From Thermoanaerobaculia bacterium (GTDB taxonomy: Bacteria > Acidobacteriota > Thermoanaerobaculia > Multivoradales > UBA5704): a DNA stretch of 43,067 nucleotides. A model generated the notes under the pieces. The model saw nothing but the letters and a program-made list of their open reading frames with translations. It had not been told where the DNA came from and ran no database searches. Below, one piece after another: positions 36,801 to 43,067 of this stretch. The position numbers and the translations under genes were made by a program. Location: positions 1 through 43,067 of the forward strand of contig DATNKH010000791.1 of NCBI GenBank assembly GCA_035603475.1, in the 5' to 3' direction. Position 1 is the first letter of the stretch. Every line of letters starts with the position of its first letter.

Positions 36801-36942
36801 CGAAGGCACGCTCGAAGAGAAAGTTTCCGCGATCATCGAGCGCAAGCGCCGGCTGATGGACAGCGTCGTACAACACGACGATCCGGCGCTCGCGAAGATC
36901 TTCACCCGCGCCGAGCTGCTCGAGCTGCTGCAGGGGGTCTGA
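33838..36942 (+). CDS. SWIM zinc-finger - SNF2-family helicase/translocase
   Basis: SWIM [13 protein letters not shown] (C-x-C-x7-C-x-H). SNF2 motif I [13 protein letters not shown], motif II [9 protein letters not shown], and the C-terminal helicase block [32 protein letters not shown]. Confidence 0.9.
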   Translation: [1034 protein letters not shown]

Positions 36943-36944
36943 TG

Positions 36945-36958
36945 GGATCGGAGCCGCC
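36945..36958. repeat. Left copy of a perfect 14-bp direct repeat GGATCGGAGCCGCC flanking the TIR-WD40 gene
   Basis: Read directly: 36945-36958 is GGATCGGAGCCGCC, 3 nt after the SNF2 stop. An identical string occurs at 40059-40072. Confidence 0.85.
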
Positions 36959-39900
36959 CCCTGGGCCACAGCCCGCAAGGAATGAACCAGGACGGTCAGG
37001 GAAGCCGTGAGCACGTCTTCCGATAAGGTCTGTCGCCAAAATACTGCTTCCATTGTTCTTCACCCAGGTTGCGAGTCAGCCTTGAACAGGCTTCTCGAAT
37101 CAACTCTTCGGGCCGCAACAGGTCTCGCTGCACCGAGACGTAATCTGATCTTGCCGAGGTTACTGCTTCGGACTCCAACCTGCCGGACGAGGCAGTTTGA
37201 AGAATGCGGCCTTCCTCCATGAAGTTCATCGCTTTAACACGTCCGTCCACATTGATGCGCGACAGCTCGCGGCCTGTGGCTGCCTGGAACACTCGTACAG
37301 TGTAGTCACTGCTGGCACTGGCGACAGAGACATTATCGGGGCTGATGGTCAACGACGTTACCGAGGCCTGGTGCGCCAGCCGCGCAACCTCCTTACCGCT
37401 TGCCGTCTCAAAGACATGCGCCATGCGACCGACTCCGGTGGCAAGCCAGCGCCCATCAGGGCTGAATGCGACGGCGCCGACACTGGAGTGCTCGCTCAGG
37501 TGCCAAACCTCGCGGCCAGTGGAGGCAAGGAACACGCGTGCCGTACCATCTGACGAGCCAGTGCCCAAGCGACTGCTGTCAGCACTGAAAGCCAAGACTT
37601 CAACCGCGCTTCGATGCTGCAGGCGAACGACTTCCTTCCCACGCAGAACGTCGAAGATATGCACCTCGTGGTCTCCACCGGCGGTAGCCACGAGGCGACT
37701 ATCAGGGCTGAAGAGCATGGCGCCCAAGCCTTCCCCAAGTTTGCAGGCGAACACGATCGCGCCATTCGCCGCTGCTGAGACACGGGCTTCACCATCTGCA
37801 CTCGCGCTTGCCACCCAGCGGCCATCTGGACTGAACGAGACGGCCTCGACCTCCTTCTCGGCCAATTGCGCCAACTTCCTGCCGCTTGGAACTGCGAAGA
37901 CCCGAGCGCCGTCGTCGTCGGCGATCGCCACTTTCCGACCGTCACCGCTAAAGGCAGCGGGCTCACCCTCGCCGAGATACAGTAATCGCTTCCCGGTAGG
38001 CTTGAAGCTGGCGAGGTCAAGCGGTTGAAGAGTCATTGCCGCCAGGAGATCTCTACGCGGCAAGCGCAGGACGATCTCGCCAAGCGCTATATCGATAACT
38101 TCGATAGACTGACCATCATAACTCTTCACCGCGAGCCAGCGCCCATCAGGGCTGAATCGCACGGTCGTAAGCAGGTTCTGCTCCGGAAGCCGTGTTACCT
38201 CGCGACCATCAGAAGCCTGGAGCGCGCTCAGGGTGCCTCCCGTTCCTATGAAAAGCCTGCGACCATCCGCGCTAAAGGCGACCAGGAGTACCGGGCCTTG
38301 CTGGTTGAGGTGAGCCACCTCCCTACCGCCCGATGTCTCGAAGATACAAGCTGTGGCGTCGTGGCTGCCCGTTGCGATCCAGCGAGCATCAGGGCTGAAT
38401 GCAATTGAGTCGACGAAATCCCGATGCGCCAGTCGTAAAAGCTCCTTGCCCGTCGAACGCTCGAAGACCCGTGCTGTGCTGTCATTATTTCCAGTGGCAA
38501 CCAAACGACTATCTGAACTAAACACGAGCGCGCGAACCCCACCCATGACGGAGAACGGTTCTCCGCCAGCGGAAGCCACGCGCTCTCGCCATCCGCTGGG
38601 GTCCGGGCGTGGTAATTCTTTACCATCCGCGATGCCGGCAACTCTTGCCGTTCCATCCCAACCGCCGCTGGCGATCCATCGGCTGTCCGGGCTGAATGCA
38701 AGGGCAGTGACACCGCCGCTGTGGAGCGCGAGAGCGATTCTCTTCCCACCGCCTATCTCGAGTACCTGCACAATGCCGTCATCGCTTCCCGCGGCTATCC
38801 ACAGCTCATCAGGGCTGAAAGCAAGCGCAGAGATGTAGCGCGGCTGTCCGTGACGCACCGCTTCTTTGCCAGTAGAGAGATCCACCACGGATAGTGTGCC
38901 GCTCCTGCTCGCTCTCGCCAGCCATCGCCCAGTCCCGCTCAGGGCTGTAAGGTAAGTTCCTTCTTGGCCCGCCAACTGGGCGATTGACTTCCCGGTGTCC
39001 AGCTCAACAAGACGTGACGAACCTTCGAGAGTTCCCGCAGCTATCGCTTTACCGTTAGGGGAGAAGGCCAAAGATACGACCTTGGCGTTCCCAATCCAAT
39101 GTGCCACCTCAGTACCCGCACGGCCATCGAACACATGCACAGAGCGATCTCCGCGCGCTATCGCGACAAGACCGGTGGCGCCAAATGCCGAGGCTGTAAT
39201 CGTGTCGGCCGATTTGTTCGCGAATAGCGGTCGCCGTAAATGGTACAAAGACTCGCGTAAGGCCTGGTCGTTTTCTATGCTCGGAAGCAAGCGCATTGAT
39301 TCAATCGCAAGCAGCACCCTGGTCTCTAGCGCGAAGGGTTGGCCCCGCAGCTGATCCGACTGGGCCGCCAATTGCCGGGAAAACGCGGCCCGCCTTTGTT
39401 GATTGGCGATCGCTGCCTCAAACGCCGCTACGAGCGCACCAGCTAGAATGACAGCGAGAAGACCGCCCAGGAAGACTCTGCGTCGCCTGTTCGCCCGGAA
39501 GAAGCCAAAGAAAGCGACGATTCTCTCAACTACTTCAGGCGACGCATCGTCTAGTCCTGTAACCTCCTCGCGCTCGTCAATCCAAACACGGTCCGTCTGT
39601 TGCAAGATCATTTGCACCGACGGGCCCGGAGCAGAGCCGGCAGGCGGAGCGTCTATCAGCAAAGGCCGCGAAGCGGCCAAGCGGATTGGAATGATCTGTC
39701 GCGAGTAGGTCGCAAAGACACGGAGTTCGTTCAACACGTATTGCGATCGCAGGCTTCCGGGCGAAACCACGATGACCAGCGCTCTACTGCGACGTAGTGC
39801 AGTGCGCACCGTATCAGCGAGAGGCGATCCTGCGGGAAGGTCGTGGTCGTCGAGGAAGCAATGGATATCCCTCCCCCGGAGCTGCCGCTCAAGACTTGCT

Positions 39901-40058
39901 GCATATCTCGAGACCTCCTGTCGTTTGTATGAGATGAAGACATCGAAGCCAAAAAGTGGCGCCCAGTTGATGGACCGTCGAACCGGGAAGGCGCCATCAT
40001 CACGCTTCAGGTCTGCCTCGACGCCCATAGGATTCGGTCAGGAACGCAAGTCGCTGCA
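36959..40058. mobile_element. Putative inserted single-gene cassette (low GC, bounded by 14-bp direct repeats), with no recombinase inside
   Basis: The GC drop (about 52% in hand-counted line 37201-37260) coincides with the TIR-WD40 ORF. It is bounded by the direct repeat copies at 36945-36958 and 40059-40072. Confidence 0.4.
36996..40028 (-). CDS. TIR domain - single transmembrane helix - ~15 WD40 repeats
   Basis: TIR: FDVFISYKRQEVSRYAASLERQLRGRDIHCFLDDHDLPAGSPL...SRALVIVVSPGSLRSQYVLNELRVF. TM: RANRRRR-VFLGGLLAVILAGALVAAFEAAI (about nt 39408-39476). About 15 blades follow of the form AFSPDGRWIA.GS.DGTARVF....GKEV. At DNA level these blades recur as ...CATCAGGGCTGAATGC... . Confidence 0.85.
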   Translation of the reverse strand: MGVEADLKRDDGAFPVRRSINWAPLFGFDVFISYKRQEVSRYAASLERQLRGRDIHCFLDDHDLPAGSPLADTVRTALRRSRALVIVVSPGSLRSQYVLNELRVFATYSRQIIPIRLAASRPLLIDAPPAGSAPGPSVQMILQQTDRVWIDEREEVTGLDDASPEVVERIVAFFGFFRANRRRRVFLGGLLAVILAGALVAAFEAAIANQQRRAAFSRQLAAQSDQLRGQPFALETRVLLAIESMRLLPSIENDQALRESLYHLRRPLFANKSADTITASAFGATGLVAIARGDRSVHVFDGRAGTEVAHWIGNAKVVSLAFSPNGKAIAAGTLEGSSRLVELDTGKSIAQLAGQEGTYLTALSGTGRWLARASRSGTLSVVDLSTGKEAVRHGQPRYISALAFSPDELWIAAGSDDGIVQVLEIGGGKRIALALHSGGVTALAFSPDSRWIASGGWDGTARVAGIADGKELPRPDPSGWRERVASAGGEPFSVMGGVRALVFSSDSRLVATGNNDSTARVFERSTGKELLRLAHRDFVDSIAFSPDARWIATGSHDATACIFETSGGREVAHLNQQGPVLLVAFSADGRRLFIGTGGTLSALQASDGREVTRLPEQNLLTTVRFSPDGRWLAVKSYDGQSIEVIDIALGEIVLRLPRRDLLAAMTLQPLDLASFKPTGKRLLYLGEGEPAAFSGDGRKVAIADDDGARVFAVPSGRKLAQLAEKEVEAVSFSPDGRWVASASADGEARVSAAANGAIVFACKLGEGLGAMLFSPDSRLVATAGGDHEVHIFDVLRGKEVVRLQHRSAVEVLAFSADSSRLGTGSSDGTARVFLASTGREVWHLSEHSSVGAVAFSPDGRWLATGVGRMAHVFETASGKEVARLAHQASVTSLTISPDNVSVASASSDYTVRVFQAATGRELSRINVDGRVKAMNFMEEGRILQTASSGRLESEAVTSARSDYVSVQRDLLRPEELIREACSRLTRNLGEEQWKQYFGDRPYRKTCSRLP

Positions 40059-40072
40059 GGATCGGAGCCGCC
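40059..40072. repeat. Right copy of the 14-bp direct repeat GGATCGGAGCCGCC
   Basis: Read directly: 40059-40072, between the TIR gene start (40028) and the GMC oxidoreductase stop (40099). Confidence 0.85.
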
Positions 40073-40098
40073 GCCAAAGCAGTGACCCCGGGTCGCCC

Positions 40099-41919
40099 TC
40101 ATGGTCTCGCGTCGGCGAGGATCACGTCGCTGGCCTTCTCGGCGATCATGTAGATCGGGGTGACGATGAAGAAGCCGGGGATGCGGGGGAAGACCGAGGC
40201 GTCCACGATGCGCAGGTTCTGGGTCCCGATGACGCGGAAGTTGCTGTCGACGACGGCATTCGGATCGGTCGCCGGGCCCATCGGGTTGGTGCAGGAGGCG
40301 TGGTGGCCCCAGGCGTTGTCCTTGACGAACTGGACGACCTCGGCGTGCGTCCCCACGGCCGGCCCGGGGTCGGTCTCCTGCTTGATGGCCGAGCTCTTCT
40401 GCGAGATCCGCCGCACGAACTCGACGCCGCTCGCCACCGATTCGGCGTCGTTCCCCTGCGTGTCGCTCCCCTCGTCGAAATACTTGAAGTGGATCTCGGG
40501 GCTGTCGAGCGGGCTCGCCGAGCGCAGGCGCACGTAGCCCGCGGTGTTGTTGGTGTGCGCCGCGAGGATCGCCCAAGTCAGGTAGTTCTTCGTCCGCTCG
40601 ACCTCTTGCGAGTAGCCGGGAAAGTAGCCATAGAACTTGCCCGGGAGAGCGAAGATGAAGAGGTCGGGATCGGGGCGCTCCGGCGCCGACTTCTTGATGA
40701 TGCCGAGGACGGCGCCGCCGGTGGTGTACACCCCCTTGCCGTTCTGCCAGTCGACGTAGCAGGGATCGCCCTGCTGGTTCGGCAGCGGCGGCGCGAAGGT
40801 CGCGCCGGCGAGCAGCTTCCAATCCTGCTTCATCTCGGTGACGACGCCCACCTCGTAACGGTCCTGGAGGTTCGTTCCCACGCCCGGCCGATCGAGGAGA
40901 CAGGTGATCCCGACTTGCTCCAGGTGCGCACGCGGCCCGATGCCGGAGAGCATCAGCAGCTGCGGCGAGTTGAAGGCGCCGCCCGCGAGGATCACCTCGC
41001 GGGCGCAGTAGTAGCGGACGACGTCGTAGTCGTCGTCGGCCTGCGGATTGGCGACGGCCCGCGGGTCGGCCCGGTAGAGATGCTGGCCTTCCCAGCACTC
41101 GACACCGATCGCGCGCATGTCGGCGTCGAAGAGGACCTTCGTCGCCAGGTTGCTCATCTTGACGACGAGCTGCTGCGGATGCACGGCGCGCGTCTGATCG
41201 ATCAGCTCGCGCGTGCTCACCCGGCGGCCGCCGAGGGTCGCGGCCGGCGCGAAGCAGATCCCTTCGAATTGCGGCGTCCGCCAGTCGTTGGGGTCCTGGG
41301 GCAAGAGCTGGGGCAGCGGACCGGTGACCCCTTCCTTCCACGCCCCGAAGATGGCGCCGAGGATGGTCTCGATCAGGGCCGGGTCGCCGAAGACGAGCGA
41401 GAGCTCGGGGCCGGTGGTGTGGAGCCAGCCATCCCAGCCGTGGCGGGTCGGGTTCGGCTGGCCGGCGCCGGGTCGCGGCACGTAGCCGCAGGACTCGATG
41501 CGCTCGAAGTAGGCGCGCATCTTGTCCGCCGCCCACGAGGGATCGCCGGTGAGCCGTGCGATGTGGTCCCAGTCGCTGCCATGCCCGTAGACGGTGATCA
41601 TGGCATTGTGCGACGTGCAGCCGCCGAGGGTCCCGGCGCGGGGATAGAAGATCCCGCCCTTGTCGGCACGGTACTTCGAGTCGCGCTGCGGGTTCTGACT
41701 GTAGTGCTGGACGTAGAACTCCCACGACATCGCCGGGTCTTCGGACGCGTAGGTGTGGAAGACTGGCACCGGATAGGAGGTCGTGTCGGGCTCCTGCCCC
41801 GCCTCGATCAGGCCGACCTTGTAGCCGGCCTTGGCGAGGTTGCACGCCACCGGCCCGCCGCCGGCGCCCGAGCCGACGACGATGTAATCGAAATCGGGAT
41901 GCTGCGGATCGTTCGGCAT
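40099..41919 (-). CDS. GMC-family FAD-dependent oxidoreductase (choline dehydrogenase-like)
   Basis: The start is chosen at MPNDPQHPDFDYIVVGSGAGGGPVACNLAKAGYKVGLIEAG (ADP-binding GxGxxG). GMC-like C-terminal HASCT...DASVFP motifs are present. The track ORF to 42105 is over-extended across the intergenic repeat. Confidence 0.9.
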   Translation of the reverse strand: MPNDPQHPDFDYIVVGSGAGGGPVACNLAKAGYKVGLIEAGQEPDTTSYPVPVFHTYASEDPAMSWEFYVQHYSQNPQRDSKYRADKGGIFYPRAGTLGGCTSHNAMITVYGHGSDWDHIARLTGDPSWAADKMRAYFERIESCGYVPRPGAGQPNPTRHGWDGWLHTTGPELSLVFGDPALIETILGAIFGAWKEGVTGPLPQLLPQDPNDWRTPQFEGICFAPAATLGGRRVSTRELIDQTRAVHPQQLVVKMSNLATKVLFDADMRAIGVECWEGQHLYRADPRAVANPQADDDYDVVRYYCAREVILAGGAFNSPQLLMLSGIGPRAHLEQVGITCLLDRPGVGTNLQDRYEVGVVTEMKQDWKLLAGATFAPPLPNQQGDPCYVDWQNGKGVYTTGGAVLGIIKKSAPERPDPDLFIFALPGKFYGYFPGYSQEVERTKNYLTWAILAAHTNNTAGYVRLRSASPLDSPEIHFKYFDEGSDTQGNDAESVASGVEFVRRISQKSSAIKQETDPGPAVGTHAEVVQFVKDNAWGHHASCTNPMGPATDPNAVVDSNFRVIGTQNLRIVDASVFPRIPGFFIVTPIYMIAEKASDVILADARP

Positions 41920-41922
41920 CTT

Positions 41923-41967
41923 GGTCGCCCTCGTCGCTGTCGTCGCCCTGGTCGCTCTCGTCGCTCT
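41923..41967. repeat. 9-bp tandem repeat x5 (plus-strand GTCGCYSTS) filling the intergenic spacer
   Basis: GGTCGCCCT CGTCGCTGT CGTCGCCCT GGTCGCTCT CGTCGCTCT, at 41923-41967. It spans from the upstream stop codon (41967-41969) to 3 nt before the GMC ATG (41919). Confidence 0.85.
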
Positions 41968-43067
41968 CAGAAGGTCTTCACGAGCTCGATCAGCGCGCGC
42001 TTGTCGCGATCGGGCAGGTCCGCGCCGAAGTAGTGGCCCTCGTCCTCGATGAAGTCGGGACAGGAGTTGAGCTTGTAGAAGTCGGGGACGAGCGCCAGGA
42101 GGCACTGCGTCGCCTGGTCGCCGGTGAGCCCTTTCTTCTTGACGTCGCGCAGCGCCTTCAGGGTGTTGTGGAGGAGGTGGATGAGGTCGACCTGCTTGGT
42201 CAGCCCTCGCGGCTCGAGGTTGGTGTTGGCGATGAGGTTGATCGGGGTCCCCTTCGGGATGGGTCCGACGTGGATGAAGCCGTCCGGGTCGGCGAGCTCA
42301 CCCGCCCAGGCCGCGTACGACTTCGGGATCTTGATGGAGCTCTCCGCGGTGGTGCGCCAGATCGAGTCCTTGCCGAGCCGTTTCTCGGGCCACAGCAGCT
42401 TCTCGATCGCGTCGTTGAACGCCGTCATGCGGGAGTCGACGTCGACCGCGGGCACGGGCTTGCCGAGGGCGTTGTTGTGGAAGAACGGTGCGCTGCACCA
42501 GATGGCGACGAGCGAGGGCGGCCGGTAGTAGCCGCGGCCGCCGTCCGGGACCTCCCAGGCCGTGTCCTTGCCGGTGAAGGGGTCCCACACCCGGATCGAG
42601 CCGACCCGCGGCAGCGTCTTGTAGGTCTCCGACGAGAAGTTGTCCCAGACGTGACCGCGAATCGCGTTCGACGCGACGGAGCGCGCGGCGTTGGTCTTGA
42701 CCACGGTGACCGGCACGCGGATCTCGGCGGAGAGGAAGTTGCCGTCGAAGAAGTCCGGCTTCATCACCTCCTGCTCGAACCATGTCTGCCCTTCGGGCGA
42801 GCTCGGCTGGATGGGCGGCGGCGGCTGCTTGCTGGAGTGGCAGTGCGCGCAGTTCTGGGCGAAGACGAGCCTGCCGCGACGGAGCACCTTCTCGTCGCCG
42901 GTGAGATACTTCTGCCCGCCGGGCGCCGTGGCGAGCTTCAGGGGACGGGCGACGTCGAGGAAGTACCGGGCGAGGTACGGCGCGTGCCCCTCGCTCCAGT
43001 TCCAGTGCGGCGACAGCCGCTGCGCGTCCCGCACCCGGATCGGCGACTGCTTCTTGAGGCCGACGAG
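41967..43067 (-). CDS. Haem c (CXXCH) protein, 5' end outside the window, probable electron-transfer partner of the GMC enzyme
   Basis: The frame stays open to the window edge (LVGLKKQSPIRVRDAQ...). One CAHCH motif lies in LVFAQNCAHCHSSKQ. SLVAIWCSAPFFHNNALG is reminiscent of the distal-ligand region of dihaem peroxidase/MauG-like proteins. It lies upstream of and is co-oriented with the GMC gene. Confidence 0.6.
   Translation of the reverse strand, partial: LVGLKKQSPIRVRDAQRLSPHWNWSEGHAPYLARYFLDVARPLKLATAPGGQKYLTGDEKVLRRGRLVFAQNCAHCHSSKQPPPPIQPSSPEGQTWFEQEVMKPDFFDGNFLSAEIRVPVTVVKTNAARSVASNAIRGHVWDNFSSETYKTLPRVGSIRVWDPFTGKDTAWEVPDGGRGYYRPPSLVAIWCSAPFFHNNALGKPVPAVDVDSRMTAFNDAIEKLLWPEKRLGKDSIWRTTAESSIKIPKSYAAWAGELADPDGFIHVGPIPKGTPINLIANTNLEPRGLTKQVDLIHLLHNTLKALRDVKKKGLTGDQATQCLLALVPDFYKLNSCPDFIEDEGHYFGADLPDRDKRALIELVKTF

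Noticed and set aside
33838-40028. SNF2 helicase and TIR-WD40 acting as one operon or system
   Set aside because: The genes are convergent and differ strongly in GC. The direct repeats indicate the TIR gene arrived as a separate insertion. No sequence evidence supports a functional link.
29842-40098. tRNA gene, integrase or transposase marking the island borders
   Set aside because: I scanned the intergenic stretches (29842-30085, 31877-32104, 33743-33837, 36943-36995, 40029-40098). I saw no tRNA-like cloverleaf or T-loop motif and no recombinase-like ORF. Absence by eye is not proof.

Overview
High-GC (roughly 70%) chromosomal window from a diderm bacterium, since lipid A/Kdo genes are present. 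Left third: a biotinyl-domain fragment, a GT39-like membrane glycosyltransferase, a VapBC module and two tandem membrane-anchored c-type cytochromes. It also holds a CadC-like wHTH-TM-beta-propeller regulator with an apparent 1-nt frameshift. A minus-strand waaA-lpxK-acyltransferase operon follows, and its last gene carries an in-frame ~110-bp palindromic element. Middle: an ECF sigma/anti-sigma pair followed by a T2SS/type IV pilus-like cluster. That cluster encodes a secretin-N-like protein, PilC/GspF, PilB/GspE, PilM/N/O/P-like proteins, a lipobox-TPR-secretin-cohesin-like fusion and three pseudopilins. It is followed by dut, an NPP-type phosphodiesterase, an APC permease and an SDR. Right third (about 29.85-40.1 kb) looks like an accessory island rich in conflict systems. 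It contains a low-GC XRE-ImmA/IrrE + PIN pair, an AbrB-VapC pair, an NTase-fold gene with a small overlapping partner, and a SWIM-SNF2 helicase. It also contains a low-GC 1010-aa protein built as TIR - single TM helix - ~15 WD40 blades, bracketed by a perfect 14-bp direct repeat. That gene is my best candidate for a novel system. The window ends with a GMC flavoprotein oxidoreductase and a CXXCH haem protein that runs off the edge. I recognised no rRNA, tRNA or CRISPR array. Many long ORFs in the track are antisense or alternate-frame artefacts of high GC, and several track ORFs have over-extended N-termini. All family assignments come from motif recognition by eye, not database searches.
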